Both the position numbers and the translations under genes were made by a program. Below, one piece after another: positions 10,487-22,638 of a DNA stretch of 35,065 bases; the stretch's first letter is position 1; each line of letters starts with the position of its first letter. This stretch comes from Octopus bimaculoides. Its lineage: Eukaryota. Under the pieces are notes generated by a model. The model saw only the letters and a program-made list of their open reading frames with translations, did not search any database and was not told the DNA's origin. The DNA is taken from assembly GCF_001194135.2 (NCBI RefSeq), contig NC_068983.1:9174794-9209858 (forward strand), written 5' to 3'.

Positions 10487-11968
10487 TTTCGTTGGGTTGC
10501 CTTATATTATACATGTATAGTTTTACCTACAATTCGGTATCTCCTCACCCCTATCGGTTATACGTCCACATAAATTTCTGGAAAAAATTATTTTGCAGAG
10601 AAACGTGCAGAGTTAGAATCTGTTGATGATATTGCAAAAACTATTTTGCGAGAAAAGTTTCGGGACATTTAAAGCCCTTGCAAATATGTTTTGTAACAAG
10701 TCTTTAAAATGCCTATTTTTAAGGAAACTTTGCGGAATTATGCCTTCTGAGATGTATTTATAAAGTCTACGGAAGTAATTATTTAGAGGACAGGTTTCAG
10801 ATGATTTGCCTTCTTCCACACGATTTTGTTGCTGTAGCTTACGTAAACATTCATAGAATATATCTATTTTTATTGGAATTATGATTAAACAAATTCAGGG
10901 AAGTGCAGAATATTGTCCCATTTTACACGAACGAGTTTAAAATCTTTCGTTTGTACGGCGTTAGACTAAAAATCTCTAAGAAAACGCCACACTAAGGTTT
11001 CAGTCTAGTGAATGAAACAAAATATTGAGATAAAATAAAAGTGCAGTTAATTCTGAAAGATGATCTCATAATGATTGAAGTATTCATTTAAATGATGTCA
11101 CTCAATGAGGTTTTGTAGGACCTTTGTACGACGCATTCTATATGAGAACAATAACCAAAGGAAACAAATGTTTTCTCTTCAAGTCATACCATATCGTCTT
11201 CTGGGAGCTAAATAAGAATAGTAATCTCCGTAAACTTTGCATCATGGGCTGCTAACATATGTTTTACTTAACTGTCATTCTGAACAGCTTTCGAAGTGCA
11301 TTCACAAAATTAAATTAAGTCGTGCTAACACACTACAAACAGTGATATTCATCTCAAACAGGATACATGTATCGGTTAGTCAGTTAATGTATTTACAAGT
11401 GATTATCTTATTCTATTTATAAAATATTTAGCATTCTAAAATTCCATCTTCTAACAAACGTTTTATCATGTTCATCATTAATAACAGTTCAAAGCACATC
11501 ATAACTATCAAACTATCGTCATTCTCTAAGCATTACCATTTTAAGTGACTTTCTTTCAGCTTAATTTTTGCTGATTCTTCAATTCTGTTCACATTCAGCA
11601 GAGTATTGACGAAACGGCAAAGTCGTGTCTTAAATGAAAGTTCTCCCAACTTCGAATGTTTTCTATCGTATACTTGGTATTTCACTGCGATTAATTCTGT
11701 CAGCACTAACAGAATTTTTTTACCATTATATGTCTATGTTTCAATTGTTCGTGTCAATGTGTGCTTGTGTGGTTGTGTGTGTGTGATACACTATGTTCCC
11801 AGTTTTATTGTTAGAGGAACGAAACTGGATATTAGCATTTTTGGTCGATAAAACTGGAAGGATTAGGGTTCATGTGTCTGTACTACGTACACACACACAC
11901 ACACACACANNNNNNNNNNTATATATACATACATACATATGCATATATATGTATACACACATGTACAT

Positions 11969-12014
11969 AAAACTGTTACTCAGAGTTTCACCTTCCCGTT
12001 CGTCAGGCAGTCTT
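11969..12014 (-). ncRNA. Minimal type I hammerhead ribozyme motif, intact core
   Basis: Minus strand reads AAGACUGC-CUGACGA-ACGGGAAGGU-GAAA-CUCUGAG-UA/ACAGUUUU. Stem I has 7 of 8 pairs (first pair A.C mismatched); stem II is 2 bp; stem III is ACUC-U-GAGU; cleavage triplet GUA. Confidence 0.7.
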
Positions 12015-13776
12015 CATGAAAATGAATTAAAATTCGGAAGGAGCGTATAATATCACCTTGGTATTCGAGTAGTATTTTCTCCACCTTGTTTTGTACGTAT
12101 GAAAGCTATGAGTTGTACATAGACGAGCCATACAGGGGCACATTGTTGAAGGGCTACTACTTACTAAGGTCACATATACCGAACGTAATCAAACCAAAAT
12201 AGGGGATCACACAATGGCTGTGGACACATACAAAGCCACACAAACACACAACACATCCACACAAAATCAAAGATGTGCAACGGCATTACGTACGGCTTCC
12301 CACTACGATATCAACTCTCAATACATTAGTCGGCTCTGGGCTCTAGAAATTACTGCTACTGAGCCCGAAATCAAGGGGTATGTTTGTATGTATATAAGTG
12401 CACACCCACAACTTGTGATCCAACATATGTATGTAAGTGTGTAGATATATACATATATATATATATANNNNNNNNNNNNNNNNNNNNNNNNNNNNNNNNN
12501 NNNNNNNNNNNNNNNNNNNNNNNNNNNNNNNNNNNNNNNNNNNNNNNNNNNNNNNNNNNNNNNNNNNNNNNNNNNNNNNNNNNNNNNNNNNNNNNNNNNN
12601 NNNNNNNNNNNNNNNNNNNNNNNNNNNNNNNNNNNNNNNNNNNNNNNNNNNNNNNNNNNNNNNNNNNNNNNNNNNNNNNNNNNNNNNNNNNNNNNNNNNN
12701 NNNNNNNNNNNNNNNNNNNNNNNNNNNNNNNNNNNNNNNNNNNNNNNNNNNNNNNNNNNNNNNNNNNNNNNNNNNNNNNNNNNNNNNNNNNNNNNNNNNN
12801 NNNNNNNNNNNNNNNNNNNNNNNNNNNNNNNNNNNNNNNNNNNNNNNNNNNNNNNNNNNNNNNNNNNNNNNNNNNNNNNNNNNNNNNGGGGCGTGTGTCA
12901 GTGTGTCTTTATGTGTGTCTCTGTATTTATGTATGTCTCTGTATTTTCAGTGTGAATAGGAGGGGAGGTTAAGTAAATGAAGTGGAGATTTGGAGATTAA
13001 AAGACAGCAATGATGGAAAGAATGGCTGAAAAGAGAGAGTGAGTAAGTGAGATTGATAGTTTATCTGTAACAGGAAGATAAAACTTGCATGGCAGAGGTA
13101 AAGGGAAATCCAATATTGAAGACGAATGGCGGCAAAAATATCAACGAAGGAACGAACGTGATAAAATATACATGGAGATTAGAAACGAGAAAGCTTAAGA
13201 AACAAATAGGTAAAGAGAGAAAGAATGAAGGAAAGGGAGAAAAAAGAGAAAGGAAAGAAACGGAAAATGTTGATGGAATGTAAAGAAGAAATGGGGAAGA
13301 AAAGGAATATATAAAAGAAAAGAAGTAAAAGGAATAGGATATGAATAAGAAAAAGAAAGCATAACAGGAAGAATAGAACGCTAGTAGTTTGATTTGCTTT
13401 AGCCTGGAAATCAGCTTCCTACGCTTTCTCGTTTATAATCTTTTTTGATGTTAGCCGATAACGAATTACTGTATCAGCTCTACAGATTTGCTGCAAAATC
13501 GAAACTGAGCAGATGTTCAATCCAATATAGAATTGACACATTCTATGATCCCACCCCATTTTCATTGCTTCTCTTTGTCAATGATATTTAAAAGTATTTT
13601 ATAGCTAGGACGCATCCCAAATGTGCGTATATTACCATATTAATGTAGCCCCATATCAGATGAATGGAGTGAAGGTTTGTTTTACATATTTGTGTGGATA
13701 TATATATGTATATAGATAGAGAGATAGATAGAAAACGAGAGATATATAGATACGTATATGCATAAATGTGTGTGTT

Positions 13777-13807
<31 letters not shown>

Positions 13808-14695
13808 NNNNNNNNNNNNNNNNNNNNNNNNNNNNNNNNNNNNNNNNNNNNNNNNNNNNNNNNNNNNNNNNNNNNNNNNNNNNNNNNNNNNNNNNNNNNN
13901 NNNNNNNNNNNNNNNNNNNNNNNNNNNNNNNNNNNNNNNNNNNNNNNNNNNNNNNNNNNNNNNNNNNNNNNNNNNNNNNNNNNNNNNNNNNNNNNNNNNN
14001 NNNNNNNNNNNNNNNNNNNNNNNNNNNNNNNNNNNNNNNNNNNNNNNNNNNNNNNNNNNNNNNNNNNNNNNNNNNNNNNNNNNNNNNNNNNNNNNNNNNN
14101 NNNNNNNNNNNNNNNNNNNNNNNNNNNNNNNNNNNNNNNNNNNNNNNNNNNNNNNNNNNNNNNNNNNNNNNNNNNNNNNNNNNNNNNNNNNNNNNNNNNN
14201 NNNNNNNNNNNNNNNNNNNNNNNNNNNNNNNNNNNNNNNNNNNNNNNNNNNNNNNNNNNNNNNNNNNNNNNNNNNNNNNNNNNNNNNNNNNNNNNNNNNN
14301 NNTATATATATATATAGTGATACTTACGTACTTAACATGCATACATGCATACACACATACATACATAGGTAATATGGTAATTCACTTAGTAATATAGTAA
14401 TATATGAAGTTATTTAATCTTGCTGTAAACGATTTCTGCAGGAAAAGACGACAGAAAGAAAGGGAGAGAGAGATATAACGAGAGATGTTGGGTGCAAGGT
14501 TGAAAATAGTGTCGAAGATCAGCCAATCATAATATCGTGATGTCCACCCTTATTTGGATATGGTATCTGCATTGATGTATCTAACGTTTTCCTGTGTCAT
14601 GTTAACATGTCAATGATTTATAGATTAATAAATCTCGCCACGATATGCATTTAATCGACCACTGGAGGAAGTCCATTTGGTGTTCGCTTTATCCC

Positions 14696-14760
14696 CTAGA
14701 ACCAGCAGCCAAATGCCCCATAAATCACAACTAAACCTGCACCATTAAAATAAGAGGAAC
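14696..14760 (+). repeat. Old unclassified interspersed repeat (family D); related pieces at 18476-18575, 19105-19215 and 24170-24350
   Basis: Shared TAGAAxxAGCAxCCAAAT..CCC...ATCAC motif between copies; highly diverged. Confidence 0.35.
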
Positions 14761-15324
14761 AACAGATTTGTCACTGTAGTTATTGGAGAAAAACGGTTTC
14801 GGATATTGTCACGAAACCAACAGTTTTAGGTAAGGGATAATCTCATCAACTCTAGGTCATCCTATTGGACGCCCCCGAGGATAAATCGATTTCATGGGCT
14901 CCAGTGGGAACTGGTACATATTTTATTGTCCCCCAAAATGATGCTCGACCCTGGAGAAACTTGATCGCAGAACGTAAAGTGACAAAAGAAATGTTGTTAA
15001 ACATTTTGTCCGATGAACGAAAGGTTTCGCCGGCTGCTGCCTTTCCCTCGAAACGAACCAGAACGCGATGATCAGAATATCAGGGTATTTATTAAAGAAT
15101 CTTCACTGTGGAAGCTGACGCGGCGCAAAAAGCACCAACAAGACATTTAATTAGATTGTAAATACTCATTTGTGGAAAATATCTTTAAACGTTCTCTTTT
15201 TAATATCAAATCTTACCGCGTATATATAAATACAATATCAATTACCTGCAGGGTCACAATCAAATACTATACCTATCACTTAATTTCCGCTTTCTTCAGC
15301 TTGGTTAGTTGCCATAATCTTAAG

Positions 15325-15455
15325 AGCGATGGCTAAAGGGCTTTGTAGAATTACTTCTGACTCACTCTACTCGAAGTTCAAATCCTACGACAATTAATTC
15401 AAATGTCTTACATCTTTTAGATAACTAAAATATATACCACCAAAGTACGATGTTT
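15325..15455 (+). mobile_element. SINE family B, very old copy
   Basis: B-box-like GAAGTTCAAATCC at 15373-15385, with weak downstream similarity to the 17243-17451 copy. Confidence 0.3.
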
Positions 15456-15854
15456 GATTCTTCTCCCTCCATTTCTCTCACTCCCACTCTCTCACTATTT
15501 CTGTTTCTTCCTCACTCTCTTCCATTCAGGGGTCTTATAGGGAACAACTCACAGCCCTAATAAGTCCAGAAATGGAGACGAGGTGACTGATAGACTAATA
15601 ACCTCAATTTTTGTATGACGGTGAAAAACAATACTATCAGAGATATTATGTGAGATATTATTTTCAACAACAAAAAGTAGCGTGTCTCTGACCAGGAAAC
15701 ACTCCAATCTATTACAAGACATACGGAGTGATGTATGTTTGAAACAATTGTAGTACATAACCACCTGTTTCATACTACAGATTAAACGACTGCTTGTTAC
15801 CATGATCGTTCGACTGACTCTATTGCACATATATATATATATATATATATAAAT

Positions 15855-16018
15855 TTCACTGTGGCCATGCTGGAGCACCGCCTTTAGTCGAGCAAATCGA
15901 CCTCAGGACTTATTCTTTGTAAGCCTAGTACTTATGCTAATTTTGCCGAACCGCTAATTTACGGAGAGGTAAGCACACCAGTATCGGTTGTCAAGCGATG
16001 TTAGGGGGTCAAACATAG

Positions 16019-16058
<40 letters not shown>
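15855..16058 (-). mobile_element. SINE family A, 3' module plus (CA)n linker; rest lost in gap
   Basis: Reverse complement of the 10200-10345 module (TGGCCATGCTGGAGCACCGCCTTTAGTCGAGCAAATCGACC...). Confidence 0.9.
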
Positions 16059-16514
16059 NNNNNNNNNNNNNNNNNNNNNNNNNNNNNNNNNNNNNNNNNN
16101 NNNNNNNNNNNNNNNNNNNNNNNNNNNNNNNNNNNNNNNNNNNNNNNNNNNNNNNNNNNNNNNNNNNNNNNNNNNNNNNNNNNNNNNNNNNNNNNNNNNN
16201 NNNNNNNNNNNNNNNNNNNNNNNNNNNNNNNNNNNNNNNNNNNNNNNNNNNNNNNNNNNNNNNNNNNNNNNNNNNNNNNNNNNNNNNNNNNNNNNNNNNN
16301 NNNNNNNNNNNNNNNNNNNNNNNNNNNNNNNNNNNNNNNNNNNNNNNNNNNNNNNNNNNNNNNNNNNNNNNNNNNNNTTCATGAGCTGGCTATTCCGCCT
16401 TTGTGATCATATGGAACTCAAACTGTCATAACCGACGTAGTGCTGTGGTAGGGTTTTCTGGGGGTTTTTGGGGGTTTTTGTTATAAAAGTGAAAATTCTC
16501 TAAGTATTATATAT

Positions 16515-16900
16515 TTTTTTTTGTTCTAGTCATTAGACTATACCTAAACTTGGGGCACCACCCTGAGAGTTGTAGTCAAACGTATCAACCCCTGCATTTA
16601 TTTTATTTTAAGCGTGGTGACACTTGCCGAAACGCTAGGTTTCAGAGACCTCAAAGCACCAGCTCCAGGGGTAAAGCGTTGTCGAGCAACAAAATCACAA
16701 AGACAAACAGATAGACACAAACAGATAGACAGACAGACAGATACACATATGCGTACACATACCCACACAAACATAGATAAATACATATATATTTATGACA
16801 CGCTTCTTCCAGTTTCCGTCTACAAAATCCATTCACGAGACTTTGGTCGGCCCACCGCTATAGCAGAAGACGTTTGCCAAATGTGCCATGTATTGGAACT
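16515..16900 (-). mobile_element. SINE family A, diverged, head truncated
   Basis: Both modules recognisable in reverse complement (TTGTTCTAGTCATTAGACT...; CAGTTTCCGTCTACAAAATCCATTCAC...CTTTGGTCGGCCC). Linker expanded with GATA/GACA/CA repeats. Confidence 0.8.
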
Positions 16901-17015
16901 TTGGTGTCCATAACTTATATGCCATCAGAAATGTTTCAAGAAGTTGTGATGTACATTAAAAACCGAACGAAAATAATGAATAGAAGAATTAGCATTTAGT
17001 ACTATGGAGGTTTGA

Positions 17016-17228
17016 TAGTCCTTTCTGTTATTGGGAAAAGGCCTGAAATTTTCTGGGAAGGCGCTGGTCGATTACATCGATCCCAGTGTGCAACTGATAC
17101 TTATTTCATTGACACTAAATGAATGAAAAGCGAACTCAATCTCTGCGAAATTTGAACTCAGAACGTAAAAACGGACGAAATGCTGCTAAGTAATTTTGCC
17201 TTGTGTGCTAACGATTCTGCCAGCTCGA
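17016..17228 (-). mobile_element. tRNA-headed SINE family B
   Basis: Reverse complement head CGAGCTGGCAGAATCGTTAGC, B-box GAGTTCAAAT; similar to 17243-17451 and 32084-32294. Confidence 0.85.
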
Positions 17229-17242
17229 AACGTTTATGGAGC

Positions 17243-17451
17243 TTATAATAATGCTTTCTGCGAAAGGAACAGGACATAACATTTGTTGAGAAGAGACTAG
17301 TTGATTACATCCATGGTACTTTATTTATCGACCCCGAAAGAATGAAAGGCAAAGTCGCCCTCGGCGGATTTTGTACTCAGAACGTGAAGAGGGACGAAAT
17401 ACCTCGAAATATTTTTACCTGATATGGTAACGATTCTGCCAGCTCGCTACC
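17243..17451 (-). mobile_element. tRNA-headed SINE family B
   Basis: Reverse complement GGTAGCGAGCTGGCAGAATCG...CCGCCGAGGGCGACTTTGCCTTTCATTCTTTCGGGGTCGATAAATAAAGTACC, with ATT tail. The central block resembles the Meta/MESC domain as I recall it (unverified). Confidence 0.88.
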
Positions 17452-18579
17452 TTAACCGGGATTCTTCTTTACATGACATGCCTATAGAAGGTTTTTTATC
17501 TTCATAAGAAATTGAAGTTGGATAGCAGGGAAATAAGTGATGGATGGCATTGACAGAAAGTTGTGCTTAAAATCTATTAAATAAGATAGTTTCGTGTGTC
17601 ATTGTGAGATATGAGTTCAGCTAACGCGAGGGATCGTCTGTGAAAATTCTTTTCTTCAGTGAGTGAAATTTCCATGTTTTACATTTCAACACAGCATTGA
17701 ACGCATAAATGGATCTAAATTCAAACATCTCATACAAGATTTGCTGCCACTACAAGCAATTAACAGATTTAAACATGACAATGATTTGTGAAACTACTAC
17801 AAACTATTACATCATACGTCAGTCATAGATTAATCGCAAAATCTATTTATAATAAAGTTTCCACTTATCTTCATAGCAACAGAGGTCAGTTACTGTAATC
17901 AGAGTAATGATCAACTATACTTTACGAGGTTGATGAAAATGCTGATGTATTGGCTAAATTGCGGCCCTCAGGAGGTTTATTGATTACTCAAATGCTAACG
18001 TAAAATCATACCTTATTCTATTGTATATTTAGTGAAAATTCTGTGTCTTATCAGAATTAACGATCAGGTTTCAAATCACTCATTTGATCTAGTTTCGCAT
18101 TATTGCAAGTAGAAACGTAATACAATACAAAAACGTAGCCACAATTAGAAGTTCTTCGTTGAAATCAGGGTTAGTTACATAAAAACTTATCTGCGATGTT
18201 TGCTACGAACAAGTTTATTACATAACAAAAAGTAATCGATAGGGAGCTTCAAATTTATGCGAAATTAATGTCAAGCTAACTAACGTACTATAATGATAGA
18301 TTATTTTGTTGAAAGTCATTATTAAAAGGAGATAACTTTGAAAATTAGTGTTTACAACTTCTGGTTCCTTTTTTTACTGCTTCAAGAAATGTCTGTTCCC
18401 ATGAAAATTATTACTACTCTAACAATTATGACAGCGTGTCAAATGAATGATGTGGCTTCTCTCTAGTCAGTCAGTCTGCTAGAAAGAGCAACCAAATAGC
18501 CTTCTGATTATATACCCTACAGCGTTAAAAAATTATGACACATTGTTTACCGTAGATGTACATCTGCTCACAGGAAAAA

Positions 18580-19100
18580 AAATATTGTTTTGAGTTCCGA
18601 TCTAGGGTCAGTTACACGGTTATCATGGCGTAGTAGTGATCAGCAAGAAAACATCCCCCTGAACTGAAACCCATCCCGTTACTGGTTAGTTACTCATTTA
18701 AAGAGTGGAGGCGCGTGGCTTAGTGGTTAGGGTGTCAGCATCATGATCGTAAGATTGTGGTTTCGATTCCTGGACCGGGTGATGCATTGTGTTCTTGAGC
18801 AAAACACTTCATTTCACGTTGCTCCAGTCCACTCAGCTGGCAAAAATGACTAATGCTGTGATGGACTGGTGTCCTGTCCAGCTGGGGAACGCATACGCCA
18901 TTGAAACCGGGAAACCGGGCTCATGTGCCTGGCTAGGCTTTAAAAGGGCGCATTTATTTTATTTTACTCATTCAAAGGTCGGAGGAGTGAAGCAGGGAGA
19001 AACGAAGTGTTTTGTTCAAGGACACAACGCAGAGCTAGGTATGGGAATCGAAATCATGATCTAGCGATTAAAAATGTAGCACGCAAAACACTAGGTCTCG
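18580..19100 (-). mobile_element. SINE family C, older copy split by a younger antisense copy
   Basis: 5' half at 18964-19100 (reverse complement GAAAGCACGAGACCTAGTG...TTTCGATTCC...TTGTGTCCTTGAACAAAACACTTC). 3' half at 18580-18703 (reverse complement AATGAGTAAC...GGGGATG...TACGCCATGATAACCG). Confidence 0.75.
18704..18963 (+). mobile_element. tRNA-headed CORE-like SINE family C, full length, 14-bp TSD
   Basis: A-box TGGCTTAGTGG, B-box-like GTTTCGATTCC, TTGTGTTCTTGAGCAAAACACTT block and ATTT tail. TSD TTACTCATTTAAAG (18690-18703) versus TTACTCATTCAAAG (18964-18977). Confidence 0.9.
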
Positions 19101-19539
19101 TGCTTTCACAATCTCTTATAAGTTGCTACTTTAAAGAAGATAGCCTGGTGTCGTCTGGAATGATTTGAACATAGGTCTCCTTAAATAGAGTGATCCTTGA
19201 GGTTAAAAAATATTAACTATGTATAAACTCTCAGCAACTGTCTTTTGAACCAGTGAAATATTTCACGCAAACCCATCTTGTAGTTCTGATATAAACGTGT
19301 CACACGAACTGTAACCGGCAGTTGTCTTTCTTGCACGTTATACTAGTCCAGTACATATAATAGTATGACACAAATCGGACGTAGGAGAGTAAAGAAAGTA
19401 ATATATAAACTAAGACTGTATTCTGTAACATGCAGTAGACTTATTGAAAGCTTCCTACAAGAAAATTGCTATTAATAAGTTTTGCTAATTCCAATTCCCA
19501 TAGTTGTAAATATCAGGCACTTATAATATTTCGAGTAGA

Positions 19540-19612
19540 TCAATGTCATTTATTCAATCCCCAGGAAAGAAACGGCATCGTCTATTCAGATGAAATTTAA
19601 ATTAGAATTGTT
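19540..19612 (-). mobile_element. SINE family B, old fragment
   Basis: TTTATTCAATCCCCAGGAAAGAAACGGCATCGTC...ATTTAAATTAGAA is weakly similar to 17320-17385. Confidence 0.3.
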
Positions 19613-20870
19613 GAGAAATAGCCTTGTTTGTGTGCTTCAGTGTTAGCTATACAACAACCGACTACATTCTGCAAACCTACTGGAACTACTCAGCTTGTGT
19701 AGGCCGAAGATACCATATTCAGTTGTAACCTGGTACCAACTGAATAGAATGATAGAATGATCTAGAGAGAAAGTGTGCGGATATCACGCTATATTTCATG
19801 TTGAGAACAATTTAGGTCTTATTAGACACAAGATGTGATCTATTTCTAGCACATTGAATGTCCACGTAAGTGGTCAACGTGATATATATATATATATATA
19901 TANNNNNNNNNNNNNNNNNNNNNNNNNNNNNNNNNNNNNNNNNNNNNNNNNNNNNNNNNNNNNNNNNNNNNNNNNNNNNNNNNNNNNNNNNNNNNNNNNN
20001 NNNNNNNNNNNNNNNNNNNNNNNNNNNNNNNNNNNNNNNNNNNNNNNNNNNNNNNNNNNNNNNNNNNNNNNNNNNNNNNNNNNNNNNNNNNNNNNNNNNN
20101 NNNNNNNNNNNNNNNNNNNNNNNNNNNNNNNNNNNNNNNNNNNNNNNNNNNNNNNNNNNNNNNNNNNNNNNNNNNNNNNNNNNNNNNNNNNNNNNNNNNN
20201 NNNNNNNNNNNNNNNNNNNNNNNNNNNNNNNNNNNNNNNNNNNNNNNNNNNNNNNNNNNNNNNNNNNNNNNNNNNNNNNNNNNNNNNNNATATATATATA
20301 TATAAGTATGTATGCATACCTACACACCCTTGTTTGTATATGTGGTGTTGAGTAAATGCGTGCTTGTGTGTCTGTGCACAAAGAGTCACAGCACCTTAAG
20401 AAATATTTTCTTATATTAAAAATTGTTACAAGACAAACAAAATCTTGAATACAACAGAATGAATCGAACATTGTGATATTTGTCGTATTTTTCGCTTATA
20501 CAACGCTTTAGCAGTTTACAATTTTATTTCAAGCACACATTTTATGGTTAAACCGTATAGTGAAATTGCTTTTGGCGCTGGTTTTCAATATTTACATCTC
20601 AGTATCGAATTTAAAATTCCGATCAAATATTTATTTTTGCCCTTTTTATTTGCTCATTTTTCTGCTTTATTTTGCAAATAAAACAAGAGAATACGAATCA
20701 ATATTTTGAATTTTTCATTTGTACAATACTCTGCATGTAAGATTGCTGAAAGAGGAATCTCTGATTTGATATTTATGTAATTTACATCGACCAAATGAGA
20801 TCAAAATTAATATATTATGCCAGAGTACAGAATCAGCAAAGCAAAGATACATGTAGCGAACATCTCGATG

Positions 20871-20872
<2 letters not shown>

Positions 20873-20917
<45 letters not shown>

Positions 20918-20943
20918 ACAACAGCAGCAGCAACAACAACAAC

Positions 20944-20999
<56 letters not shown>
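20873..20999. repeat. Compound microsatellite (TA)n-(CAG/CAA)n-(AAT)n
   Basis: Read directly. Confidence 0.96.
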
Positions 21000-21051
21000 G
21001 TATATTATTGAATTTGGTTTGCAAGATTCTTTATGTGGGTTCGTGTGTTGA

Positions 21052-21122
21052 AGTATATTCTATTGTGTTTGGGGAGAGACACTAAAAGAGGATGACTCTC
21101 TCCAGACACAACAGAATATATT
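21052..21122. repeat. Fold-back inverted repeat, 30-bp arms, 11-nt spacer
   Basis: AGTATATTCTATTGTGTTTGGGGAGAGACA versus reverse complement of the right arm AATATATTCTGTTGTGTCTGGAGAGAGTCA: 25/30 identical. Confidence 0.85.
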
Positions 21123-21209
21123 ATTGGATTTATATATTAACTGTTGAATAGCCTATTTTGAATACCTACCTGAGAGCCAGGCCGTAAACTTTTGGGGCAG
21201 TCCCTTACT

Positions 21210-21478
21210 ATGTGTGTGTGTGTGTGTATGTGTGGGTGAGTTTATGTGAGTGTGTGTGTGTGTGTGTCTGTATCGGCTTCTCTCCCCATCACTACTTGAC
21301 AACCGGTGCTGCTGCATTTACGTCGCCTCTAATCTAGCGGTTCAACACAAGAGACTAATAAAATGTGTACATGCCTCAAGAAATAAGTTCGGAGTTCGAT
21401 TTGCTTCATTAAAACTCTTCACGGTGGTACTCAAGCATGGCCGCAGTCAGATGACTAAAACAAGTAAAAGAATAAATG
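21210..21478 (+). mobile_element. SINE family A, (TG)n linker plus 3' module only
   Basis: CTTGACAACCGGTGCTG...TAGCGGTTC...AGCATGGCCGCAGTCAGATGACTAAAACAAGTAAAAGA. Confidence 0.85.
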
Positions 21479-21539
21479 AATATACAATATTAATAGGTAT
21501 TCTCCTCTAAACCAAATAAAAATCCTCCATCATATCGAA

Positions 21540-21930
21540 AAATCTACACTTCCCACATGGAACACCGCACATATTTACATGTTTTCTTCTATCTCTTTGG
21601 TCTCATAATTTTCCATAAACACATAGCATAGATATTTCTTTATCTCACAACGAAATTTCTCTAATGTAAATTTCATTCTATTCGTAATGAACATTTTTGC
21701 ATGTATGAAAATTGAAGATTTCAAATTTATCTTCTACTCTAACATCATCAGATATCGTTATCCCTTGAACTATCACCAGATATAATGACTGTAGTCATTC
21801 TCCAACCCTCATTCTAGAAGTATCTTACGGTAAAGGCATTTATTAATGATTTCTTTCCTATAATAAGAACAGGACCAGAAAATGAGAGGAGAACTAAATA
21901 TACACCCTGGCGTTTCTTTTATTCCTGATA
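21540..21930 (-). mobile_element. Possible very old LINE RT relic
   Basis: Broken minus-strand peptides in RT order: PGCIFSSPL (cf. QGCxLSP), SDDV (cf. ADD), CKYVR (cf. FKYLG). Weak. Confidence 0.25.
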
Positions 21931-22236
21931 TATGTAATTACTGGATGCAAATGAAATTCTTCGAAGCATTATTCTACAATTTTCAGTTTTTCATCAGAAA
22001 CAGTGAATAACATGTTCATACACACAACTGACATTGCCTGTTTAGCACCCGTTCATTAACTCTCATATAAACACCAACATCCATACTACGTTAACGGAGA
22101 TTACTGTTACACTAAATGGATGATCTTCATTGAACAATGTTTCTTATAATCAAAGAGCATAGTCACTAATTTCGTACAAAAATTTCGAAACGAATAAATT
22201 TTTTAATATTCATCTAAAATGTATTTTATATATACA

Positions 22237-22638
22237 GGCGTAGGAGTGGCTGTGTAGTAACTAGCTTGCTTACCAACTACATAGATTCAGGTTCAGTCCC
22301 ACTGCGTGGCGCCTTGGGCAAGTGTCTTCTACTATAGCCTCGGGCCGACCAAAGCCTTGTGAGTGGATTTGGTAGACGGAAACTGAAAACAGCCCCCGTA
22401 TATATGTATATATTTATGTACATGTGTGTTTATGTTTGTGTGTTCGTGTTTGTCCCCCCAACATCACTTGATAACCGATGCTGATGTGTTTACGTCCCCG
22501 TAACGTAGCGGTTCGGCAAAAGGAGACCGATAGAATAAGTACTAGGCTTACAAAGAATAAGACCTAGGGTCGATTTGCTCGACTAAAGGCGGTGCTCCAG
22601 CATGGCCACAGTCAAATGACTGAAACAAGTAAAAAGTA
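22237..22638 (+). mobile_element. SINE family A, full length
   Basis: Collinear and highly similar to 9956-10378. Confidence 0.92.

Noticed and set aside
10786-10822. Minus-strand TGGAAGA...GAAACCTGTC hammerhead-like string
   Set aside because: Core has two mismatches and there is no stem I pairing.
13089-13283. K/E-rich ORF; similar purine-rich tracts at 1140-1600 and 30100-30240
   Set aside because: GA-rich low complexity with no domain signal.
14865-15071. 68-aa ORF in a slightly GC-richer patch, with a possible promoter-like TGACGCGGCG nearby
   Set aside because: No homology I recognise and no convincing splice sites on either strand.
5415-19630. Identical 16-mer GAAATAGCCTTGTTTG at 5415-5430 and 19615-19630, plus looser AATAGCCT hits at 9472 and about 21148
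   Set aside because: A rough estimate shows one such 16-mer match is not unexpected in this much AT-rich DNA, and the flanks do not extend.
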